A DNA stretch of 51,148 nucleotides from Candidatus Nomurabacteria bacterium RIFCSPLOWO2_01_FULL_42_20. Lineage in GTDB: Bacteria; Patescibacteriota; Minisyncoccia; Phycocordibacterales; CAZVEC01. This document shows positions 15,386 through 23,415 of this stretch, piece after piece. The translations under genes and the position numbers were made by a program. Position 1 is the first letter of the stretch. Each line of letters begins with the position of its first letter. The stretch lies in assembly GCA_001785965.1 (NCBI GenBank), contig MFVF01000030.1:1-51148 (forward strand). Direction: 5' to 3'. The notes below the pieces were generated by a model. It searched no databases, was not told the origin of the DNA, and saw nothing but the letters and a program-made list of their open reading frames with translations.

Positions 15386-15823
15386 AGAGAAATTATTAAA
15401 AAAAGATTGAGCTCAAAATGATAAGGGGGACAAAATCTGTCCTCCTTTTTTCTTTAAGCTCTGCCACTGTAGCAAGAACCATTCTTGCTATACCAAAATT
15501 TAAGCCGATCCTCTTTTGGAGAGATCGGCTTGGGTTTAATACTTTTTTATTTATATTGTGATCCGAACAAAAGTTCGGAAAGAACAGTCGAGGGCTTGCG
15601 GTATAACGATGAGTATTACTGACCGCAAGCCGGCAAAAATACATTTCTACAGCATGCATTGCTCTGCTCAAGCCATCGTCTCACCTACAATGACTAGGGA
15701 GTTTTATTCAAGGCCTTGGTTTTTGTAGCTTTCTAGCTACAAAAGTAGTTTTTATCTTGCCAAAGCAAACTCAAGTGCAAGTGTAGCATACCAGTAATTT
15801 TTGTCAAGTCTTTGTATGGTGGG

Positions 15824-15868
15824 TTCAACTTGCAAAAAGGCGAATTTGTGATTATTGTCGCGCCGTAG
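15824..15868 (+). pseudogene. Orphan rsmI-like 3' end (relic 1)
   Basis: Reads FNLQKGEFVIIVAP-stop. KGEFVIIV matches the conserved RsmI C-terminal KGE-x-V-hydrophobic motif. Same strand as rsmI and about 0.9 kb downstream of it. Confidence 0.4.
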
Positions 15869-15908
15869 CTGTAGCAAGAACCGTTCTTGCTACACTTGCT
15901 ACACTGAA

Positions 15909-15968
15909 TTCTTTAATAAAAATAAGGAGAAAGTGCGGGGTGAGTTTGTGGTGATAGCTAGCGCCTAG
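15909..15968 (+). pseudogene. Orphan rsmI-like 3' end (relic 2)
   Basis: Reads FFNKNKEKVRGEFVVIASA-stop, against DKVRGEFTVLVSS-stop in the intact gene. The similarity is at protein level, with many synonymous differences. Confidence 0.4.
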
Positions 15969-15978
15969 CATCTAGCTC

Positions 15979-16030
15979 CAACCCCCTCCTTTCTCCTCCC
16001 CCTTAATAAGGGGGAGGATGGTGGGGGTGT
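15979..16030. repeat. Intergenic C/G-tract palindrome
   Basis: TCCTCCCCCTTA (15994-16005) pairs with TAAGGGGGAGGA (16007-16018). Outer CCCCC (15982-15986) pairs with GGGGG (16023-16027). Confidence 0.7.
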
Positions 16031-16068
16031 TAGTTGCATTAGCTGGTAGCTGGTGTAAAATATGAGTC

Positions 16069-16296
16069 ATGTTGAAAGAACGAACAATTTTTATTGCGGG
16101 CATTATTTTGGCCTTTTTGCCATTTTCCGGCTTTCCAATTTTATGGAAAAAAATCCTGATCGCCCTAATCGGGCTGTTTTTAAGCTACATCGCTTATTTG
16201 CAATATAAGGAAAAAAACCTGCTCTCGACCGGCCCTAAAAAGACTGAAACTTATACCGAAAACGAAAGCAATATAAATTCTAAACCGCAACAATGA
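16069..16296 (+). CDS. Small membrane protein (2 TM), hypothetical
   Basis: 75-aa ORF with two hydrophobic helices. Its stop overlaps the next start (ATGA). Confidence 0.5.
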   Translation: MLKERTIFIAGIILAFLPFSGFPILWKKILIALIGLFLSYIAYLQYKEKNLLSTGPKKTETYTENESNINSKPQQ

Positions 16297-17483
16297 TTAA
16301 AAAGGGTAAAGTTAATTTAGGCTTAAAACACATTCTTGTGGCTGCCGTGCCTTTTTTATTTATCTTCGCCGGCCTGGCCGCCACTCCCAAATTTGCTTCC
16401 GTAAATTACCAAGCGCCGGAACTGCCGCCGGAGGTAGCAGAGAATAATTTAGCGGAGTTGCCTTTACTTCCAGAAAAGCCAAAAATAATAATCACGCACA
16501 TCCAAACGCCGGAGGCAGTCAAGGGCGTTTATATGACGAGCTATGCCGCCGGCACTGCTTCTTTTCGAGAGAGGATTTTCGGATTGCTGAAAGAGACGGA
16601 ACTAAATTCCATTATCATCGATATTACCGATTACTCCGGCCGCATTTCGTTCCGAGTGCAAGATCCGCTTCTAGTAAAGTTCGGCGCCTCCGAGAATCGT
16701 ATTCCGGATATTGTCGAATTCATAGCAACCCTGCACGAGATGAATGTCTATGTCATTGGCCGAATCACTGTTTTCCAAAATCCGTATATTGCGAAAGCCA
16801 ATCCGAAATGGGCTGTCAAAAAGAAAACAGATCAGAATCAAATCTGGAAAGATAAAAAAGGCCTTAATTTCATCGATCCGGGCGCGCAAGAATATTGGGA
16901 CTATATTGTCGCCCTAAGCCGCGAGTCCTACGGCCTCGGCTTCGACGAATTTAATTACGACTATATTCGTTTTCCATCGGACGGCGACATGAAAGATATT
17001 TATTATCCGTGGAGCCACGACCGAATCAAGGCTGACGTTCTGGAAGAATTTTTTGCTTACTTAAGTGAACAGCTCCGGCCGGAAGGGATTATCACGTCGG
17101 CCGATCTCTTCGGCATGACGATGACTAATGTTGACGACCTTAATATCGGGCAGATTCTTGAAAGAACCGCGCCTCACTTTGATTTTATTGCGCCGATGGT
17201 CTATCCGTCTCATTGGCCGAAGGGCTGGAACGGTTTCAGTAGTCCGGCTACCATGCCTTATGAAGTTGTTAAAATATCCCTGGAAAAGGGAGCCGAACGC
17301 CTGCGGGCGATGGGCGAGGATCCGCTCAAACTAAGGCCGTGGATCCAAGATTTCAATCTCGGCGCGACTTATACGGCCGCCATGGTTCGAAAGCAAATCG
17401 AGGCTACTTATGACGCTGGCCTGACTTCTTGGATGCTTTGGGATCCTAAAAATATATATACCAAAGCCGCTTTGGAAAATTGA
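16293..17483 (+). CDS. Putative glycoside hydrolase, TIM-barrel (DUF4015/GHL-type), membrane anchored
   Basis: GVYMTSYAAGT, IIIDITDYSGRISF, GRITVFQNPY, FIDPGAQEYWDY, GFDEFNYDYIRFP. Confidence 0.6.
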   Translation: MIKKGKVNLGLKHILVAAVPFLFIFAGLAATPKFASVNYQAPELPPEVAENNLAELPLLPEKPKIIITHIQTPEAVKGVYMTSYAAGTASFRERIFGLLKETELNSIIIDITDYSGRISFRVQDPLLVKFGASENRIPDIVEFIATLHEMNVYVIGRITVFQNPYIAKANPKWAVKKKTDQNQIWKDKKGLNFIDPGAQEYWDYIVALSRESYGLGFDEFNYDYIRFPSDGDMKDIYYPWSHDRIKADVLEEFFAYLSEQLRPEGIITSADLFGMTMTNVDDLNIGQILERTAPHFDFIAPMVYPSHWPKGWNGFSSPATMPYEVVKISLEKGAERLRAMGEDPLKLRPWIQDFNLGATYTAAMVRKQIEATYDAGLTSWMLWDPKNIYTKAALEN

Positions 17484-17515
17484 CTATAAAAAATCTTTGT
17501 GTTAATTTAACTAAA

Positions 17516-18739
17516 ATGACTTCTCAATATAAATTCTCAAAAAAATATCTTATTTTCATAGGGGTCGTACTCGTCGCCACGGCTTTCGCCTTAGGCTTCC
17601 AGCTTGGAGCCCAAAATAATCAGCATACGGCGGCGGCCTACCTCTTGAACAAAAGCGTGCCTCTCGCAATAGAAGAAGGAGGCGTTGATTTCGCCCCATT
17701 TTGGAAGGTCTGGAATATTATAGACGAGAAGTATCCCAACGGCCGGGAAGTGGCCGATCAAGATAGAGTTTGGGGAGCAATTTCCGGACTGGCCGGGTCG
17801 TTAAATGACCCCTACACAACCTTCTTTCCGCCCCAGGAAGCAAAAATGTTTAAAGAAAGCATCAGCGGCGAATTTGGCGGAGTCGGCATGGAAGTCGGCA
17901 TTAAGGACAAGGTTCTAACCGTTATCGCCCCGCTTAAAGACACTCCGGCCTATCGGGCCGGCATCAAGTCCGGAGACAAAATTCTAAAAATAGACGAAAC
18001 GGCGACAAATAATCTTTCTATCGATAAGGCCGTCTCGCTGATTCGCGGAGAGCCGGGCACTAAAGTCAAATTGACAATTTTTAGAGAAGGGGACAGTGAA
18101 CCGAGTGAAATCGAAGTCATTCGCGAGATTATAAAAATTCCGACTTTGGACACGGAGAAAAGACCGGACGGCATATTCGTCATCAGGCTTTATAATTTCT
18201 CAAACCAGTCGCCGCTGCTTTTCCGGGAAGCTTTGCGCGAACTTCTTCGAAGCGGATCGAAAAAATTAATCTTAGATTTGCGCGGCAATCCGGGCGGATT
18301 CCTGGAAGCTTCGATTGATATTGCTTCCTGGTTCTTGCCGATTGGCAAGACTGTAGTTATTGAAGACTTCGGCCAAAAATCACCGGAACATATTTATCGA
18401 AGCAAGGGTTATAACTTAATTGATAATAAGTACAAAGTCATAGTTTTGATTGACGGCGGCTCGGCCTCGGCTTCGGAGATTCTGGCCGGCGCGTTAAAGG
18501 ACAACGCTGTTGCAACGCTTGTCGGTGAAAAGACATTCGGCAAGGGCTCGGTCCAAGAACTTGTTGATGTCACGGCGGAGACATCGCTCAAAATTACTAT
18601 CGCCAAATGGCTGACCCCAAGCAGGATTTCAATTTCCGAACAGGGTCTTGAACCGGACATAGAGGTAAAGATAACCAAAGAAGACATCGAGGCAAAAAAA
18701 GATCCGCAGCTGGAGAAAGCGGTAGAACTATTGAAATAG
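17516..18739 (+). CDS. S41 family C-terminal processing peptidase
   Basis: N-terminal TM segment; PDZ region GGVGMEV...AGIKSGDKILKID; LDLRGNPGG; GGSASASEILAGAL; GEKTFGKGSVQ. Confidence 0.9.
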   Translation: MTSQYKFSKKYLIFIGVVLVATAFALGFQLGAQNNQHTAAAYLLNKSVPLAIEEGGVDFAPFWKVWNIIDEKYPNGREVADQDRVWGAISGLAGSLNDPYTTFFPPQEAKMFKESISGEFGGVGMEVGIKDKVLTVIAPLKDTPAYRAGIKSGDKILKIDETATNNLSIDKAVSLIRGEPGTKVKLTIFREGDSEPSEIEVIREIIKIPTLDTEKRPDGIFVIRLYNFSNQSPLLFREALRELLRSGSKKLILDLRGNPGGFLEASIDIASWFLPIGKTVVIEDFGQKSPEHIYRSKGYNLIDNKYKVIVLIDGGSASASEILAGALKDNAVATLVGEKTFGKGSVQELVDVTAETSLKITIAKWLTPSRISISEQGLEPDIEVKITKEDIEAKKDPQLEKAVELLK

Positions 18740-18741
18740 TT

Positions 18742-19866
18742 ATGTCCGAATATTTAAAAACATGGGTTGAAATTAACAGAAGTGCAATAAAAAAAAATTA
18801 TCGCACTTTTAGAAATATTTTGAGTCCCGGAATCAAGCTAATGGCTGTTGTCAAATCTAACGCTTACGGACATGGATTAGCGCATTTTGCCAAAGAAATC
18901 TCAAAACTTGGCGCAGACTTTTTAGCGGTAGATGATATCGATGAAGCTTTAATTTTAAGGAAAAGCGGAATTAAGAAACCAATTTTAGTTTTCGGCTATG
19001 TGCCGGATTCATTTATTAAAGAAGCAAGCTTGAAAAATATATCGCTCACTATCTCTAATTTTGATTTTTTAAGGAAGATAATCAAAACAAAATTAATAAA
19101 GAAAATAAAAATTCACATTGAAGTCGATACGGGCTTGGGCCGTCAGGGTTTTTTAGGAAAAGATTTGCCTGCTGTATTAGTCTTAATTAAGAAAAGCAAA
19201 AACATCGAAATTGAAGGCTTGTATACGCATTTTGCTATTGCTGAAAATCCAAAGTTTTTTTCTTACACAAAAAAACAAATTGAGAATTTCAAAATCTGGA
19301 TACAAGCTTTTAGACAAAACAGTTTCAAGCCGATTGCTCATTCTTCGGCCAGCGCTGAAACAATGCGAAGCAGCGAATTTCACTTTGATATGGTTCGCGT
19401 AGGCATATCTATGTATGGACTTTTTCCATCCAAAGAAATCAAGAAATATGTTAAAACGAAAATAGAGCTAGAGCCAGTATTGTTCTGGAAAACCATAGTG
19501 AGCGAAATAAAAAAATTACCCAAAGGTCATAATATTGGATATGATCTTACAGAGACTTTAAAAAGGGATTCAATTATCGGTATTTGCCCAATTGGCTATT
19601 GGCATGGTTATCCGAGAGCGCTTTCAGGCAAAGGAGAAGTTTTAGTAAGAGGAAAAAGGGCAAAAGTGCTGGGCAGGGTGTCTATGGATATGATAACTGT
19701 TGATTTAACTGAAATTAAAGGGGCTAAAAGAGGAGATGAGGCAGTTTTAATCGGGCAAAGTAAAAACAAAAGAATAACTGCAGAAGAAGTCGCTAATCAA
19801 GCAGAAACAATTAATTATGAAATTGTGACAAGAATAAATACGGAAATTATGCGAATTTATAAATAA
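18742..19866 (+). CDS. alr: Alanine racemase
   Basis: AVVKSNAYGHG (PLP lysine), DTGLGRQGF, ISMYGL, and a C-terminal GRVSMDMITVD. Confidence 0.9.
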   Translation: MSEYLKTWVEINRSAIKKNYRTFRNILSPGIKLMAVVKSNAYGHGLAHFAKEISKLGADFLAVDDIDEALILRKSGIKKPILVFGYVPDSFIKEASLKNISLTISNFDFLRKIIKTKLIKKIKIHIEVDTGLGRQGFLGKDLPAVLVLIKKSKNIEIEGLYTHFAIAENPKFFSYTKKQIENFKIWIQAFRQNSFKPIAHSSASAETMRSSEFHFDMVRVGISMYGLFPSKEIKKYVKTKIELEPVLFWKTIVSEIKKLPKGHNIGYDLTETLKRDSIIGICPIGYWHGYPRALSGKGEVLVRGKRAKVLGRVSMDMITVDLTEIKGAKRGDEAVLIGQSKNKRITAEEVANQAETINYEIVTRINTEIMRIYK

Positions 19867-19874
19867 ATATTTTT

Positions 19875-20771
19875 ATGATTAATCCTGAAAAATTTGAAGA
19901 AAAGAGCGATCCTATAAAAAAATTTAATGATTTTAAAATAAAACTTGCAGCAAATTCTTTGTATTTGCCAAACTACAAAGAATTGAAGGAAGCTTTTTCA
20001 CTTTTAGATAGTTCTGATATGGAAAAGTATGATATGGAAACGGCATTGTCCCATTTGTTTGTCGGGAAAGATCTCAAAAACACTCCTTTTGAAATTTGGA
20101 CAAAAGAGTATGTTGAACAACTTAGTTATTATTTAATTGAGAGACTAAAGGCACTAAAAGAAAATGATCCAAATACTCAAAATACTGTTCTGGAAGTTGG
20201 CGCAAGGGATGGCAGATTATCCCATTTCTTAAAAAACATTACTAGAAAAATAAATTCTTTTAAAGATTCTGGTTTAGATTTTGTAGCTACTGATAATCCG
20301 GAAAAATACAAAAAAGACTGGACAATTTTACCAAATATACCATTAGAAAAAATTGATTACAAAGATGCGATTGAGAAGTTTAAACCAACATTAGTAATAT
20401 GTTCATGGATGCCAGAAAATGAAGATTGGACTGAATTTTTCAGATCAAAACCATTTATTAAGGAATATATATTGGTTGGTAATATTGATAAATATGGAGA
20501 TTTTGAAAAAACATGGGGAGGGAGAGAAATTGTTAATTTATTAGGCAAGGCATTTTTAACGACTGCCAATAAAAACATTCCCAATGAAGTCATGGATAAA
20601 ATTAAAAAATTACCATTTTATAAAGATGGTTTTGATTTATATAGTCTCAAAAGATTAGAGAGTTATCAAGTTGATCACTCAACTTATTTTTACACAAAGC
20701 CTTTGGATAAAAGCGAGTGGAAATACAGTTATGCCAGAAGTGTTTCATTTAGGCGTCGAGATATTCAATAA
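19875..20771 (+). CDS. Hypothetical protein, possible SAM-methyltransferase-like fold
   Basis: 298-aa ORF. VLEVGARDGRLSHFL resembles SAM-binding motif I. Nothing else is recognisable. Confidence 0.5.
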   Translation: MINPEKFEEKSDPIKKFNDFKIKLAANSLYLPNYKELKEAFSLLDSSDMEKYDMETALSHLFVGKDLKNTPFEIWTKEYVEQLSYYLIERLKALKENDPNTQNTVLEVGARDGRLSHFLKNITRKINSFKDSGLDFVATDNPEKYKKDWTILPNIPLEKIDYKDAIEKFKPTLVICSWMPENEDWTEFFRSKPFIKEYILVGNIDKYGDFEKTWGGREIVNLLGKAFLTTANKNIPNEVMDKIKKLPFYKDGFDLYSLKRLESYQVDHSTYFYTKPLDKSEWKYSYARSVSFRRRDIQ

Positions 20772-20842
20772 TTCTTTCAAATGTCATTACTCTAGTTTTG
20801 GTTGAAGATGCATTAAATTAAAAAATATACTACAATTAAACT

Positions 20843-21364
20843 GTGAAAATAATTTTATTAAAAGACGTGCCGAAATTGGGACGAAAATACGATATCAAAG
20901 AAGCCAGCGACGGCTACGCTTTGAATTTTTTGATTCCCAGAAAATTAGCTGAAAGAGCCACTCCAGAAAAAATCGCCCAAATTGATAAATTAAAAAAAGA
21001 AATGCTGATTGCCAAAGAAGCGGGGGAGCAGGAGCTTTTGAAGGCCTTGGGGGCCATCAAAGGTCTAGAATTGATCATGAAAGCCAAAGTTTCCGACCTG
21101 CCTGCTCGCCTCGCTGACTCGCCTCGCTTCGCGGGCGAAGCGGGAGCTCCGGCGAAGCGGGCCGGCAAGGCAGGAAAAGGCCACCTTTTCTCGAGCATCA
21201 AAAAAGAAGATATAATAGAAAAAATGAAAAAAGATTATAACATAAGTCTCTCCGAGGATTCCATAAAAATGGAAAGCATAAAAGAAACAGGGGAGTTTGA
21301 AATACCGGTCGAAGTCAGCGGCAAAAAATCATCCTTCAAATTGATTGTTGAAAAGATTGATTAA
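20843..21364 (+). CDS. rplI: 50S ribosomal protein L9 (GTG start)
   Basis: MKIILLKDVPKLGRKYDIKEASDGYALNFLIPRKLA, with GHLFSSIKKEDI in the C-domain. Contains a 26-codon GC-rich insert. Confidence 0.9.
   Translation: MKIILLKDVPKLGRKYDIKEASDGYALNFLIPRKLAERATPEKIAQIDKLKKEMLIAKEAGEQELLKALGAIKGLELIMKAKVSDLPARLADSPRFAGEAGAPAKRAGKAGKGHLFSSIKKEDIIEKMKKDYNISLSEDSIKMESIKETGEFEIPVEVSGKKSSFKLIVEKID
21097..21174 (+). repeat. 78-nt GC-rich palindromic element inserted in frame in rplI
   Basis: CCTGCC (21097-21102) pairs with GGCAGG (21169-21174). Internal hairpin CGCTTCG-cggg-CGAAGCG (21125-21142). Encodes roughly DLPARLADSPRFAGEAGAPAKRAGKA between KAKVS and GKGHLF. Confidence 0.7.
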
Positions 21365-21408
21365 CTGCTTGGCTGTGCAGTATCCGATGTTACACATAAT
21401 AATTAAAA

Positions 21409-21450
21409 ATTATTCATTCTAACATTCTATAGAATGTTAGAATGAATAAT
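21409..21450. repeat. Perfect 42-bp palindrome with core CATTCTAACATTCTA|TAGAATGTTAGAATG
   Basis: Arms 21409-21429 and 21430-21450 are exact reverse complements. The 30-bp core is identical to 25101-25130. Confidence 0.9.
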
Positions 21451-21478
21451 CGGGCGAAATAAATAAAATAGTAATAAT

Positions 21479-21637
21479 ATGGAAAATAAATCAGAAACAA
21501 AAACACATTCGACAAGCCCCCACACCTTTTTACAAAAAGGTGTGGGGGCAAGCTCAGTGCAGGCCTGCCAAAACTGCAAGCAAAACTTCACGATCGAACC
21601 GGAATCCCAGCACTACATCAATTTATCGAATGCATAA
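21479..21637 (+). pseudogene. 5' fragment of a third Cys-rich zinc-ribbon paralog, carrying a hairpin element
   Basis: Reads MENKSET...CQNCKQNFTIEPE. All but one of the first 19 nt match the start of the gene at 23416. A perfect 15-bp-stem hairpin, CCCCCACACCTTTTT-ac-AAAAAGGTGTGGGGG (21517-21548), lies in frame. The ORF stops after 52 codons. Confidence 0.55.
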
Positions 21638-21675
21638 ATTGCTGAGTGCGGGATTTCGCTTTCAAAGATAAACAT

Positions 21676-23355
21676 ATGGAACAAAGTGAAAATAGAATAT
21701 GTCAAAACTGCCAGACTTCATTTGAGATAGACGCTCAAGATTTTGATTTTTATAAAAAGATCAATGTCCCGCCGCCGACATTTTGCCCGGAGTGCCGGTT
21801 TCAAAGAAGAATCATGTTTAGAAACGAGCGAACTCTTTATCGTAATTCTTGCGGTTTATGCGAGAAACAGATTATAACTATCTTTGATCCAGCTGGAGGC
21901 AAAAAAGTTTATTGTGGTAAATGTTGGTGGAGTGATGGTTGGGATGGCAGAGATTATGGACTTGGGTATAATCCCAATATAAACTTTTTCAAACAGCTTC
22001 GTGAACTTGTTAATAAAACTCCGTACCAATATCTTATTGTTGATTATTCAACTCTTGTGAATAGTGAGTATGTAAACCATGCCGGCAGTCTTAAAAATTG
22101 CTACTTAGTTTTTAACGCAGACCTTTGTGAAAATACTTATTACTCATCGGTAGTGGTAAAAGTTAATGATTCTGCCGACTGCACCATGATGAATAACACG
22201 GAACTTGCTTACGGCTGTATCGGCGGAGATGGGTCACAATTATATTTCTCTGAAAATTGCCCCAAATCTGTTAATGTTTGGTATTCGAAAGATTGCGTGG
22301 GCTGTACTAATTGTTTTGGCTGTGTAAATTTACGCAATAAAAGCTACCATATCTTTAACAAGCCGGTCACCAAAGAAGAATTTGAGAAAAATATTTCTGA
22401 AATGAGGCTCGACCTGCACTCGACACATGTTGCACTGAAGCCAAAAATATATGATTTCTGGAACAAATTTCCGCGAAAATATATGTACGGGCGAATGAAT
22501 AATAATGCAACAGGAGATTATATTTATGAATCTAAAAATGCTCTTGATTGCTATCAGGCGGTTTTTGTAGAAGATAGCCGGTATTGCCAATTCGTCACCA
22601 TGCCAACCACCAGGGATTGCTATGATTTTACCGAGTGGGGACATGGTGTGGAGCGCTGTATTGAGACGATAACAACAGGCGAAGGGGCCTATGAAGTCAA
22701 ATATTGTTCAGGAGTTTGGAGTAATACAAAAAACGTAGAGTATTCTATTTATTCGCCGGGGTGCAATAACTGCTTTGGCTGTGTAAATCTAATAAAAAAA
22801 GAATATTGCATCTTAAACAAGCAGTATTCTAAAGAAGAATTTTTCAAGCTCAAAGAAAAAATTATTTCGGATATAAAAACTAGGCCATATGAAGATTCAA
22901 AGGGGCGTAAGTTTAGTTATGGAGAATTTCTTCCTTATGATCTGTCACCGTTTGATTATAATGAATCATTTGCCCAACAATATTTTCCTCTAACAAAGGA
23001 GGAGACTATTAATAAAGGCTGGCGATATCATAATATTAAAAAACCGGATTATACTCCGACACTTACCACCGATCAGATTCCGGACAGTATTAATGATGTT
23101 AAAGACGACTTTTTGAAAGAAATAATTCCGTGCGTTGAATGTGAAAAACCATTTCGTGTTGTAAAGGGCGAACTAGAGCTGCTTAGACGTTTTAAGATAC
23201 ATGTCCCTCGTTCATGCCCGGATTGCCGTCATATGGGCCGACTCAAAAGAATGAATAAACCAAAATTTAACCACCGAAAATGCCAATGGCGATCACTGTC
23301 CGAACAAATTCGAAACCAGTTATTCTCCCGACCGGCCGGAAATAGTATACTGTGA
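21676..23355 (+). CDS. Cys-rich zinc-ribbon repeat protein, paralog 1 (apparent frameshift near 23284; conserved end in the next frame stops at 23383)
   Basis: N-terminal CQNC...FY.K.NVPPPTFCPECRFQRR and CGLC...VYCGKCWW. Two NCFGCVNL(R/I)(N/K)K.Y motifs. C-terminal CVEC...CPDCRH. The final ribbon DHCPNKF...DRPEIVYCEKCYQSEVV is readable only in the next reading frame (shifted by one base). Confidence 0.7.
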   Translation: MEQSENRICQNCQTSFEIDAQDFDFYKKINVPPPTFCPECRFQRRIMFRNERTLYRNSCGLCEKQIITIFDPAGGKKVYCGKCWWSDGWDGRDYGLGYNPNINFFKQLRELVNKTPYQYLIVDYSTLVNSEYVNHAGSLKNCYLVFNADLCENTYYSSVVVKVNDSADCTMMNNTELAYGCIGGDGSQLYFSENCPKSVNVWYSKDCVGCTNCFGCVNLRNKSYHIFNKPVTKEEFEKNISEMRLDLHSTHVALKPKIYDFWNKFPRKYMYGRMNNNATGDYIYESKNALDCYQAVFVEDSRYCQFVTMPTTRDCYDFTEWGHGVERCIETITTGEGAYEVKYCSGVWSNTKNVEYSIYSPGCNNCFGCVNLIKKEYCILNKQYSKEEFFKLKEKIISDIKTRPYEDSKGRKFSYGEFLPYDLSPFDYNESFAQQYFPLTKEETINKGWRYHNIKKPDYTPTLTTDQIPDSINDVKDDFLKEIIPCVECEKPFRVVKGELELLRRFKIHVPRSCPDCRHMGRLKRMNKPKFNHRKCQWRSLSEQIRNQLFSRPAGNSIL

Positions 23356-23415
23356 GAAATGTTATCAGTCGGAAGTGGTGTAAGCGCTTCTCTAATTCGC
23401 ACGAATAGGAGAATA

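Noticed and set aside
15396-15671. 91-aa minus-strand ORF in the rsmI-downstream spacer
   Set aside because: It spans several hairpin repeats, has no start context and has no recognisable motifs. The region looks non-coding and structured.
16293-17483. Alternative genetic code (UGA recoded)
   Set aside because: The gene at 16293-17483 ends at TGA with a plausible full-length product, and no ORF in the window appears split at an in-frame TGA. The only apparent break, in paralog 1, is a frameshift and not a stop-codon readthrough.
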